DNA of 59,750 nt from Alphaproteobacteria bacterium (lineage in GTDB: Bacteria > Pseudomonadota > Alphaproteobacteria > SMXQ01): assembly GCA_004356985.1 (NCBI GenBank), contig SMXQ01000008.1:1-59750 (forward strand). Reading direction: 5' to 3'. Shown here piece after piece: positions 18,703 to 29,000 of the stretch. Numbering within the stretch: position 1 is the stretch's first letter; every line of letters begins with the position of its first letter. A model generated the notes under the pieces. That model saw nothing but the letters and a program-made list of their open reading frames with translations. It searched no databases and was not told where the DNA came from. The translations under genes were made by a program, and so were the position numbers.

Positions 18703-19257
18703 TCACATCCATTCGAATCTTTCATCCACGAGCCGTCTGCCGCCCCGTCTCCCGGGCAACGGCGTTTCGCCAAACCCGCAAGACCGGCCGCCCATCTTCA
18801 CGAAAAATCCGCGCGACGGAATACCGTGGAGCACCATTGCGTAGAAATCACCCATCCAAACCGCCTGCAAACCGACGGAAAACGCCTCAAACAAGGCCCT
18901 GCCGAGGCCCCGGCCCTGGCACCGTTTCAGCAAATACATGGCATAGAGCTCACCACGGCGACCATAGGCGGCCTCCCGCGCGGCCCCGCCATGGGCGAAC
19001 CCTACGATCTCGCCCGCCTCATCCTCGACCACCAGGAAAACACGGTCCGGCGGCGACTGCGCTAAGGCCGATTGCCACATTTCGGTTCGGTTTTCCGCCG
19101 TTCGCCCATGGAGATAGGTCCGCGCCATGATCCCGCCATAGGTCTCGCGCCAGGAAATCACATGCACCCGGGCGATGGCCTCGGCATCCAGCAGCCGCGC
19201 GGGCCGTATGGAAAAGCCACGGGGGATCAAGGGAACCTGCCTATCTGCAGCGCCCAT
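18703..19257 (-). CDS. GNAT family N-acetyltransferase
   Basis: IRPA..DAEAIARVHV.SWRETY, IVGFA..G, ELYAMY, acetyl-CoA motif QGRGLG. The longer track ORF is an antisense extension. Confidence 0.85.
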   Translation of the reverse strand: MGAADRQVPLIPRGFSIRPARLLDAEAIARVHVISWRETYGGIMARTYLHGRTAENRTEMWQSALAQSPPDRVFLVVEDEAGEIVGFAHGGAAREAAYGRRGELYAMYLLKRCQGRGLGRALFEAFSVGLQAVWMGDFYAMVLHGIPSRGFFVKMGGRSCGFGETPLPGRRGGRRLVDERFEWM

Positions 19258-19416
19258 GAACTTAACCCGCCGGCAATGCGGCACCGGGCGCGCGCCCCAT
19301 TGTGCCCCAACCGGGCAACCGCGGCCACAGCCATGGCCTGGAAGGTTCTCTCCACCCGCGCGGCGTTCTACACTTGGCCGGAAACACCCCAACCTTCCGC
19401 CCGAGGCGCGCCATCC

Positions 19417-20247
19417 ATGACCACCGCACCCATAGACAAACTGATCGACGTGATGGCGCGGCTGCGCGACCCCGAGGGCGGCTGCCCCTGGGATATGGAG
19501 CAGGACTTCGAGACCATCGCTCCCTACACCATCGAGGAAGCCTACGAGGTGGCCGACGCCATCGCCTCGGGCGACAAGGCGGTGTTGCTCGGCGAGCTCG
19601 GCGACCTTCTCTTCCAGGTGGTCTTCTACGCCCAGATGTCCCGCGAGGATGGCGGTTTCGATTTCGACGCCATCGCCCGCGCCGCCACTGAGAAAATGAT
19701 CCGCCGCCACCCCCATGTCTTCGGCGGCCAGGCGATCGACGATGCCGATGCCCAGACCCGGGCCTGGGAGGCCCACAAGGCCACCGAGCGCGCCGGCCAA
19801 GACGCCGGCAACGGCGGCCCTCGACGCACCCTGGCCGGGATCGCCCGCGCCCTGCCCGCCCTGGTCCGCGCCCATAAGCTCGCCAAGCGGGCGGCCCGGG
19901 TCGGCTTCGACTGGCCGACCACGGCCGCCGTCATCGCCAAGATCGAGGAGGAGCTTTGTGAGGCCAAGCAGGAAATCGCCGCCGGGGCGCCCGCGGCGCG
20001 GGTCAAGGACGAAATCGGCGATCTCCTGTTCGCCGTCGCCAACCTCGCCCGCAAGCTCGATATCGATCCCGAAGCGGCGCTGCGCGGCACCAACGACAAG
20101 TTCACCCGCCGCTTCGCCCATGTGGAGGACCGGCTCGCCCAACGCGGAACCACGCCCGAGGCCGCCGACCTCCATGAGATGGACGCGCTGTGGAACGAGG
20201 CCAAGGCCGCGGAGGGTAAGGCCGCATCACCGTCTTCAAAGGGATGA
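19417..20247 (+). CDS. mazG: Nucleoside triphosphate pyrophosphohydrolase MazG
   Basis: LRDPEGGCPWD, EEAYEV, ELGDLLFQV, RRHPHVF, GFDWP, EIGDLLF. Confidence 0.95.
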   Translation: MTTAPIDKLIDVMARLRDPEGGCPWDMEQDFETIAPYTIEEAYEVADAIASGDKAVLLGELGDLLFQVVFYAQMSREDGGFDFDAIARAATEKMIRRHPHVFGGQAIDDADAQTRAWEAHKATERAGQDAGNGGPRRTLAGIARALPALVRAHKLAKRAARVGFDWPTTAAVIAKIEEELCEAKQEIAAGAPAARVKDEIGDLLFAVANLARKLDIDPEAALRGTNDKFTRRFAHVEDRLAQRGTTPEAADLHEMDALWNEAKAAEGKAASPSSKG

Positions 20248-20271
20248 GCCGCTCCCCTGCCCTCGCCGGAC

Positions 20272-21165
20272 TTATTCCCCGCCATCGGGGTTTGCCAACA
20301 GGTCGATCAGGGACGAGGTGTCCCAGCGCCCGCCGCCGCGTTGGTGGATGCGCCCATAGAAGCCATCGACGATTTCCGTGACCGGAAGCGCCGCGCCGTT
20401 GGCATCGGCCTCGTCGCGGCAGATGCCGAGATCCTTGCGCATCCAGTCCACCGCGAAGCCGAAGTCGAAATCACCGCGGATCATGGTCTTGGCGCGGTTC
20501 TCCATCTGCCACGATTGGGCGGCGCCCTGGGCGATCACGTCGATGACCTTGTCCATGTCGAGCCCCGCCCGGGCGCCGAAATTAAGCGCCTCGGACAGGC
20601 CCTGCACGAGGCCGGCGATGCAGATCTGGTTGACCATCTTGGTGAGCTGGCCGGCCCCCGCCGGGCCCATCAGGGTCACCGCCTTGGCATAGGCCTTCAT
20701 CACCGGCTCGGCGCTGGCGAAGACCGCCGCCTCGCCCCCCACCATGATGGTGAGCCGGGCCCCTTCCGCCCCCGCCTGGCCGCCGGACACCGGCGCGTCC
20801 AGGAAGCCGATCCCCCGCCCCTTGGCCGCCGCCGCGAGCTCGCGGGCCAGTGTCGCCGAGGCCGTGGTGTGATCGACGAACACCGCCCCCGCCGCCATGG
20901 CGGCGAAGGCCCCGTCTTGGCCCAGGGCGACCTGGCGCACGTCGTCGTCGTCGCCGACGCAGGCGAAAACCACATCGGCGCCCTTGGCCGCCGCCGCCGG
21001 GCTCATGGCCTTGGCCCCGCCATGGGCGGCGACCCAGGAATCGGCCTTTGCCGTGGTTCGATTGAACACGGTGATCCCATGGCCCGCCGCCGCCAGGTGG
21101 CCCGCCATGGGATCACCCATGACACCGAGGCCGATAAAGGCCAGTTTGTAAGTGCTTGGCGCCAT
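20272..21165 (-). CDS. NAD(P)-dependent beta-hydroxyacid dehydrogenase (3-hydroxyisobutyrate DH family)
   Basis: FIGLGVMG, DAPVSGG, GAGQ..KMVNQ, F...WMRKDL. Confidence 0.92.
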   Translation of the reverse strand: MAPSTYKLAFIGLGVMGDPMAGHLAAAGHGITVFNRTTAKADSWVAAHGGAKAMSPAAAAKGADVVFACVGDDDDVRQVALGQDGAFAAMAAGAVFVDHTTASATLARELAAAAKGRGIGFLDAPVSGGQAGAEGARLTIMVGGEAAVFASAEPVMKAYAKAVTLMGPAGAGQLTKMVNQICIAGLVQGLSEALNFGARAGLDMDKVIDVIAQGAAQSWQMENRAKTMIRGDFDFGFAVDWMRKDLGICRDEADANGAALPVTEIVDGFYGRIHQRGGGRWDTSSLIDLLANPDGGE

Positions 21166-21246
21166 GTTGTCCTCCGATTGCCTAGAGCATCTCCCGTCCA
21201 GTGTGCCCCATGGGGGCGAAGGGAATCAATTTGTCCGCACTGTGCG

Positions 21247-21513
21247 CTAGAGTACTTCCGGGTTAAATTGACCCATTTGACCGGGATGATTTTTCCCCAA
21301 GGCTAGGCGCGTGTCGCATGGCGATGCGGGGCATCGGCAAAGATACGCAACGACGCCTTGGGGGAAAAGCACCCGGCCTACGGTGGGGCTCATGGGCTTC
21401 CAGGGTGCGTTGCGACCCTCGCCCGATGCGGTGCATCGCGCTTCGAACCGCGCCTACCCTGGAAGCCCATGAGCCCCATCAAATTGATTCAATTTAACCC
21501 GGAAGTACTCTAG
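21247..21513. mobile_element. Non-autonomous MITE-like element (267 bp)
   Basis: Perfect 25-bp terminal inverted repeat CTAGAGTACTTCCGGGTTAAATTGA including terminal CTAG; two long internal hairpins; no transposase. Confidence 0.8.
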
Positions 21514-21520
21514 GGGGCGC

Positions 21521-21552
21521 AAAGAAAGGGCCGCGAAACGCGGCCCCTTCCC
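21521..21552 (-). terminator. Rho-independent terminator of the groESL operon
   Basis: Minus strand GGGCCGCG-TTT-CGCGGCCC followed by TTTCTTT, 25 nt after the groEL stop. Confidence 0.8.
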
Positions 21553-21576
21553 TTACACGTTCGTTTTGGCGGCGGG

Positions 21577-23241
<1,665 letters not shown>

Positions 23242-23271
23242 CTATGTGGGGATGAATACAAAATTCGTGCC

Positions 23272-23559
23272 CTATTCCAGGACACCCATGATGTCGCTTT
23301 CCTTCATGATCAGAAGGTCCTTACCGTCGACCTTGACCTCGGTGCCGGACCACTTTCCGTAAAGGATGCGGTCGCCCTTCTTGACGTCCAGCTTCTGGAT
23401 CTTGCCGTCGTCGCCGCGGATGCCCGGCCCGACGGCGATGACCTTGCCCTCGGACGGCTTTTCCTGGGCGGTGTCGGGGATGATGATGCCGCCCGCGGTT
23501 TTCTCTTCCGCGTCCACCGCTTCGACGATCACGCGGTCATGCAAAGGCCTGATATTCAT
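23272..23559 (-). CDS. groES: Co-chaperonin GroES (canonical, 95 aa)
   Basis: [31 protein letters not shown]; RBS AAGGAGA. Confidence 0.98.
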   Translation of the reverse strand: MNIRPLHDRVIVEAVDAEEKTAGGIIIPDTAQEKPSEGKVIAVGPGIRGDDGKIQKLDVKKGDRILYGKWSGTEVKVDGKDLLIMKESDIMGVLE

Positions 23560-23614
23560 TTAACGATTCTCCTTGATGTTCAAACTGTTTAACTTTTTTG
23601 GATCGATTTCCGGC

Positions 23615-23989
23615 TCAGCAGCAATCCATGCCAGGCACGTGGGTGTGGTCCGACGACGCGGCGGCGGCGGCCGCCTTGCCCTTGGTCTGAACCACCGCCT
23701 TGCCGTCCAGAATGCCGAGGATGTCGCCTTCCTGGACGATCAAAAGGTCCTTGCCGTCGACCTTGACCTCGGTGCCGGACCACTTGCCGAATAGGATTCG
23801 GTCGCCCTTCTTGACCGAAAGCTGGTGCCGATTGCCTTCGGTGTCGCGGCTGCCCGGCCCGACGGCGATGACCTTGCCCTCGGACGGCTTTTCCTGGGCC
23901 GTGTCGGGGATGATGATGCCGCCCGCGGTCTTCTGTTCCGCGTCCAGCGCTTCGACGATCACGCGGTCGTGCAAAGGCCTGATGTTCAT
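23615..23989 (-). CDS. groES: Second GroES with a 29-aa C-terminal Ala-linker/His-Cys tail
   Basis: Full GroES fold followed by [29 protein letters not shown]; RBS AAGGGAGAGG. Confidence 0.95.
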   Translation of the reverse strand: MNIRPLHDRVIVEALDAEQKTAGGIIIPDTAQEKPSEGKVIAVGPGSRDTEGNRHQLSVKKGDRILFGKWSGTEVKVDGKDLLIVQEGDILGILDGKAVVQTKGKAAAAAASSDHTHVPGMDCC

Positions 23990-24048
23990 GACCCTCTCCC
24001 TTGAAACGTTATCGATTCAATACCTTAAAGGGGCTTCTCCGAGCGCTG

Positions 24049-24075
24049 TTAGCACTCCCCTCAAGTGAGTGCCAG
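24049..24075. promoter_or_regulatory. CIRCE element (HrcA operator)
   Basis: TTAGCACTC-N9-GAGTGCCAG upstream of groES. Confidence 0.93.
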
Positions 24076-24076
24076 T

Positions 24077-24106
24077 GATATACGAACTGCCCCCGCCACT
24101 GTCAAG
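24077..24106 (-). promoter_or_regulatory. groESL promoter
   Basis: Minus strand CTTGACA-N17-TATATC immediately upstream of CIRCE. Confidence 0.65.
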
Positions 24107-24178
24107 CGGGGTCCGCCAAAATAATCGCGCCGGACGCTTATTTTCGTGATTTTTTGGGAATTCGGGCCGCCGGCGCCC

Positions 24179-25561
24179 CTATTGGGCGGCGCGTTGGCCC
24201 CGGGCGTGCTCGGTCACGCCGCCGTAATGGTGGCCGAAGCGCTCGGCATCGGCGGGCCCCAGGCCGACCGAGAGGCGCACGCCCCCGTCGGCCGCCTCGG
24301 TGCGCTCGACGACCTCGCCGTGCTCGTACAGCCAGGCCATGGCGGCGCCGTCGGCCGGCCCGAGAGAGTAGTGATAAACCCGCCGGCCGGCCGCCAGCCG
24401 CCGGTCCATGGCCTGGAGAAGCGCATCGCTCCCCTCGCCGGTCAGGGCCGAGACCGCGGCGAGGTTCGGATTGCGCCCGGCGCGGGCGATGACCGCCTCG
24501 CGTTGGGCGGGTTCGAGCAGGTCGATCTTGTTGAGCGCTTCGATCGGCGCGCCGCTCTCCTCGGTCTCGAGCCCGAGATCGCGGAGCACGTCTTCCACGT
24601 CTTTTTTCTGGGCTTCGCTGTCGGCATGGGCGATGTCGCGGACATGGACGACGAGATCGGCGGAGAGCACCTCTTCCAGGGTCGCGCGGAAGGCGGCGAC
24701 CAGGCCGGTGGGCAGGTCGGAGACGAAACCCACGGTGTCCGACAAGATGATCTTGCGGCCCGACGGCAATTGGACCCCCCGCATGGTGGGGTCCAGGGTG
24801 GCGAACAGGGTGTCGTCGGCCGGCACCTTGGCGTGGGTGAGAAGGTTGAACAGGGTGGATTTCCCGGCATTGGTGTAGCCCACCAAGGCGACCACCGAAA
24901 CCGGCACCCGGCGGCGCGCGGCGCGGTGGAGCCCGCGGGTGCGCGCCACATTTTCGAGATCGGCCTTGATGCGGGCGATGCGGGTGTCGATCTGGCGCCG
25001 GTCGGCCTCGATCTGGGTCTCGCCGGGTCCGCCCAGGAAACCGAAGCCGCCGCGTTGGCGCTCGAGATGGGTCCAGGACCTGACCAGGCGCGAGCGTTGA
25101 TAACTCAGCGCCGCCAGTTCCACCTGGAGGCTGCCCTCCCGGGTGCGGGCGCGGGCGCCGAAAATTTCCAGGATCAGGCCGGTGCGGTCGATCACCTTGC
25201 ACCTCCAGGCAAGCTCCAGGTTGCGCTGCTGGATCGGCGTCAAGGTGCCGTCGACCACCACCACGTCGACCCTGCGATCCTCGAACTCGGCCTTGAGCGC
25301 CTCCACCGCGCCGGTGCCGAACAGGGTGGCGGCGCGGGGACGGGCGACCCGCGGGGCCTGGGCCAGAACCACCTCCAATTGAATGGCCTCGGCCAGGCCG
25401 CAAGCCTCCTCCAGCCGCGCCTGGGCATCCCGCCTGATGGAATTTCGGGTCCGCAAAATCGGCACCACCACGGCCGCGCGCCCCGAAAGGGGACCGCCGG
25501 GATCGTCAGCTCCCGGCGGCGCGCCGTTTGAACGGCGGTTTGGATTCGACTCAGAGGGCAA
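24179..25561 (-). CDS. hflX: GTPase HflX
   Basis: GPGETQIE.DRR, GYTNAGKST, FATLDPT, DTVGF, NKID. Start uncertain. Confidence 0.95.
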   Translation of the reverse strand: MPSESNPNRRSNGAPPGADDPGGPLSGRAAVVVPILRTRNSIRRDAQARLEEACGLAEAIQLEVVLAQAPRVARPRAATLFGTGAVEALKAEFEDRRVDVVVVDGTLTPIQQRNLELAWRCKVIDRTGLILEIFGARARTREGSLQVELAALSYQRSRLVRSWTHLERQRGGFGFLGGPGETQIEADRRQIDTRIARIKADLENVARTRGLHRAARRRVPVSVVALVGYTNAGKSTLFNLLTHAKVPADDTLFATLDPTMRGVQLPSGRKIILSDTVGFVSDLPTGLVAAFRATLEEVLSADLVVHVRDIAHADSEAQKKDVEDVLRDLGLETEESGAPIEALNKIDLLEPAQREAVIARAGRNPNLAAVSALTGEGSDALLQAMDRRLAAGRRVYHYSLGPADGAAMAWLYEHGEVVERTEAADGGVRLSVGLGPADAERFGHHYGGVTEHARGQRAAQ

Positions 25562-25587
25562 GACGCAGGCTTGGCATCTGCACGGGC

Positions 25588-25869
25588 TCAGGCCTCGACA
25601 TCGGCCCCCGCCTCGGCGGTGTCGGACGCCTGGTCCCCATCGCCCTCCCAGAGCTGGACCGGAGTCGCCGGCATGACCGTGGAAATGGCGTGTTTGTAGA
25701 CCAACTGAGAGTGATTATCGCGGCGCAACAGGACCGAGAAATTGTCGAACCAAGTGACAATGCCCTGGAGTTTTACGCCGTTTACTAGAAAGATCGTGAC
25801 GGGGGTCTTGTTCTTGCGGATGTTGTTGAGAAACACATCCTGAAGATTCTGTGATTTGTCAGCAGCCAT
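25588..25869 (-). CDS. hfq: RNA chaperone Hfq
   Basis: [28 protein letters not shown]. Confidence 0.98.
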   Translation of the reverse strand: MAADKSQNLQDVFLNNIRKNKTPVTIFLVNGVKLQGIVTWFDNFSVLLRRDNHSQLVYKHAISTVMPATPVQLWEGDGDQASDTAEAGADVEA

Positions 25870-25958
25870 TTTATGATTCTTTCCATCAATTATGTTTGTG
25901 GTTTACCTGAATCAACCGGCGCGTGCGAAGACGCCGGAACTGTCATTTTTCCACCCTA

Positions 25959-26660
25959 TTACCGTCCGGATATGGGAGCGAATCGATCCTGCACAAGCTT
26001 TTTCAACCCCTCCATACCCCGCACCCGGCATTGTGCGTCCACAAATTGGACGAGATTATGACGAATAAGTTCCGCTTCGGTGCCGTCGCGGAGAAAAAAG
26101 ACCGGCGTCAAACCCGAATTCAACGCGCATTGGACATCGATGGCGCCATCGCCCACGAACCAGACGTCCGGTCCGGCACCGATGCCGCTGCCGTCCAGCG
26201 CCATTTCGACCGGCGCCGGGTCGGGTTTGTCGGAATTGGCGTCGGTGGCGCCGACGATCTTACCGAAAAAACCGTCCCAGCCGAGCCGCTCCGCCTCTTG
26301 GCGGAGATAGCCGCCCGCCTTATTGCTGACGACCCCGAGATAGAGCCCAAGTCCGGCCAGCCAGGACAATACCTCGGCGCTCCCCGCCAGGGGCTTGAGT
26401 TGGTCGAGATGGACCGCGGCGTAGCGGTCATAGAAGATTTTCCGCGCCTCGGTCCAGCGCGCGCCGAACATTTCTGGGAAACTGTCGCGCAGCGACTTGC
26501 GCACCCGGGACCGGGTTTCCTCGAGGCTCCAGGTGGGGTGGTCCATGGCCGCGAAGGTGGTGTTGAGGGCGTCGTGAATGGCCGGCCAAACGTCCACCAG
26601 GGTGTTGTCCCAATCGAAGATGATCGCCCGCGGCGGCGGCGGCCCGTTGCCGGCCTTCAC
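25959..26660 (-). CDS. HAD family hydrolase (phosphoglycolate phosphatase-like)
   Basis: FDWDNTL, VSNK, KPDP, VGD..D. Confidence 0.9.
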   Translation of the reverse strand: MKAGNGPPPPRAIIFDWDNTLVDVWPAIHDALNTTFAAMDHPTWSLEETRSRVRKSLRDSFPEMFGARWTEARKIFYDRYAAVHLDQLKPLAGSAEVLSWLAGLGLYLGVVSNKAGGYLRQEAERLGWDGFFGKIVGATDANSDKPDPAPVEMALDGSGIGAGPDVWFVGDGAIDVQCALNSGLTPVFFLRDGTEAELIRHNLVQFVDAQCRVRGMEGLKKLVQDRFAPISGR

Positions 26661-27520
26661 CGGCGGTCTCCGCCGGCCGCCGCGTGGGCCGTGTAATCGG
26701 CCAGCAGCCTCAGGGAAAAGGGGCCGGGGACACCGCTGCCGATGGGGCTGCCGTCGATCCGGGTGATGGGCATCACGTAAGCCGTGGTTCCGGTCAGGAA
26801 CGCCTCGGCCGCCGCCTTGGCCTCATCGACGCTGAAGGCACGCTCCTCGAAGGCCAGCTCGGCGCGGGCGGCCAGGGCGATCACGGCGCGGCGGGTGACC
26901 CCGTCGAGGATGGCGTGATCGGCCGGCCGGGTCACCAGCACGCCGTCTTGGCTGATGATCCAGGCATTGGCCGTGGCGCCCTCGGTGATCAGACCGTCTT
27001 CGTCCACCTGAAGGGCCTCGAAAGCTCCGGCTTCCTTCGCCTGCTGTTTGGCCAGCACGTTGGCCAGCAGGGAAACGGTCTTGATGTCGCACCGCTTCCA
27101 GCGGATATCGGGCACCGTGATGACGGCGCAGCCCTTTTCCACCAAGCCCGGTGCCGGCCCCGAGACCGCGCGCGCCATCATCACCAGGGACGGTTCCGCA
27201 TCCGCCGGGAAGGCATGATCGCGGGCGGCCACGCCACGGGTGATCTGGAGATACAAGATGCCCGACCTCACGCGGTTGCGGCGCACGGTCTCGCGCATGA
27301 CATGGGCGAGCGCCCTCTCCCCCATGGGCGCCTTCATGGACAACGCCGCCAGCGACCGGGCAAGCCGGTCCAAATGCGGCCGTTCGTCCACCAGGCGCCC
27401 TCCCTGCACCCCGATCACCTCGTAGACGCCGTCGGCGAACTGGAAGCCGCGGTCCTCGACATGGATGGCGGCCCGCCGGTGGGGCAGGTAACGGCCATTG
27501 ACGTAGGCGATTCTTGACAT
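26657..27520 (-). CDS. dat: D-amino-acid transaminase (PLP class IV)
   Basis: DRGFQFADGVYEV, DIKT..LL, EG...N, IL.GVTR. Confidence 0.9.
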   Translation of the reverse strand: MSRIAYVNGRYLPHRRAAIHVEDRGFQFADGVYEVIGVQGGRLVDERPHLDRLARSLAALSMKAPMGERALAHVMRETVRRNRVRSGILYLQITRGVAARDHAFPADAEPSLVMMARAVSGPAPGLVEKGCAVITVPDIRWKRCDIKTVSLLANVLAKQQAKEAGAFEALQVDEDGLITEGATANAWIISQDGVLVTRPADHAILDGVTRRAVIALAARAELAFEERAFSVDEAKAAAEAFLTGTTAYVMPITRIDGSPIGSGVPGPFSLRLLADYTAHAAAGGDRR

Positions 27521-27570
27521 CTTCGGCGATCGGTTGTGATTGGCAACGGGGCTTCGGGCGCGCCGGCCGA

Positions 27571-28947
27571 TCAGAAGAATTCGAGGCTGACCGCGAACAT
27601 GCGCTCGACCTGCTTGATGACATCGGTTTGGGCGAAAAGCACGACCCGATCATGGGCCCGCACCACGGTGTCGCCGCGCGGCATGATCACCTCGCCGTCG
27701 CGCACCAGGGCGCCGATGATCAGCCCCTGGGGAAGTTTGGCCTCACGCAAGGGCGCGCCCACCAGATCCGATGATTCCACGGCCTCGGCCTCCATGATCT
27801 CGCCGAAGCCCTCGTGGAGCGCGTAAGCGGCGCGGATGCGGCCGCGGCGGATATGCTGCAGGATCGTCGAAACCGTGATTGCCCGCGGCGATATCACGAC
27901 ATCGATTCCAAGGGTGGTGACCAGCGGCGAGTAGGTCGAATTGTTGATCAGGGCCATGGCCTTCTTGGTGCCGTAGCGCTTGGCCAGCAAGGAAGCGAGG
28001 ATGTTGACCTCGTCCTCGTTGGTCACCGCCACCACCGCTTCCGCGGCCGACACATTCGCCTCTTCGAGAATTTCCGGATCGAGGGCATCGCCGTGGATGA
28101 CCACCGTGTGATCCAGGGCATTGGCGGCGCGTTCGGCCTGCTCGCGGTTGAATTCGATGATCTTGGCCGAGACCCCGGGATGATTCTCTTCGATCTCGCG
28201 GGCGAGATAGGTGCCGATATTGCCGCCCCCCAGGATGATGACGCGGCGCGCTTCGGGTTCCTCGTGACCGAAGGCGGCCATGACCCGGGGGACATGCTTG
28301 GAATCGGCGATGAGATAGACCTCGTCGTCGGGCAATAGATGCTCGGTCGAATTGGGCACGAACCCCTTGCCGCCGCGCACGATCCCGACGATGGTGATGT
28401 TGAGATTGGGGAACAGCTCTTGCAGTTGGCCCAGCGGCGTGTCGACGATGGGACAATCATCGGCGCAGCGCACGCCCAGCAACTGTACCAGGCCGTCGGC
28501 CAGGGTAAGGCTGTCGAACGCGCCCGGCGCGTGAAGGCGCCGCGAAATGGCCCGCCCCACTTCGATCTCGGGCGAGATGATCACGTCGATGGGCATGTTG
28601 TCGCGGCTGAAAAGATCCGCCCACATGGGCTGGAGATAGCTCTGGTGGCGCACCCGCGCGATCTTGGTCGGCACTTCGAACAGCGAATGGGCGACCTGGC
28701 AGGCCACCATGTTGACTTCATCGGCATAGGTGACGGCGATGATCATATCGGTGTCGCCCGCCCCGGCGGCCTCGAGCACGTGGGGATGCGAGGCGAATCC
28801 TTCCATGGCTTTGACATCCATGGAATCGCCGATCTTCTTGATCTGCTCCGGCGACTGGTCGATGACCGTAACGTCGTTATTTTCGGTGACCAGGTGGCGA
28901 ACAATGCTCGTCCCCACCTGACCGGCTCCGCAGACTATCACCTTCAT
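27571..28947 (-). CDS. trkA: Trk potassium transporter NAD-binding subunit
   Basis: Two RCK domains (GAGQVG and GGGNIG); 458 aa. Confidence 0.95.
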   Translation of the reverse strand: MKVIVCGAGQVGTSIVRHLVTENNDVTVIDQSPEQIKKIGDSMDVKAMEGFASHPHVLEAAGAGDTDMIIAVTYADEVNMVACQVAHSLFEVPTKIARVRHQSYLQPMWADLFSRDNMPIDVIISPEIEVGRAISRRLHAPGAFDSLTLADGLVQLLGVRCADDCPIVDTPLGQLQELFPNLNITIVGIVRGGKGFVPNSTEHLLPDDEVYLIADSKHVPRVMAAFGHEEPEARRVIILGGGNIGTYLAREIEENHPGVSAKIIEFNREQAERAANALDHTVVIHGDALDPEILEEANVSAAEAVVAVTNEDEVNILASLLAKRYGTKKAMALINNSTYSPLVTTLGIDVVISPRAITVSTILQHIRRGRIRAAYALHEGFGEIMEAEAVESSDLVGAPLREAKLPQGLIIGALVRDGEVIMPRGDTVVRAHDRVVLFAQTDVIKQVERMFAVSLEFF

Positions 28948-29000
28948 GCCTACCGCCTATCCCCGACCTTTCGGTTGCGCCGCCATGGCCGTCAAAGTCG

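Noticed and set aside
18703-20175. 490-aa ORF as a long GNAT fusion
   Set aside because: The upstream part is antisense to mazG; only 18703-19257 looks like a protein.
21247-21513. CRISPR array
   Set aside because: The repeats are inverted rather than direct with unique spacers, and there are no cas genes in the window.
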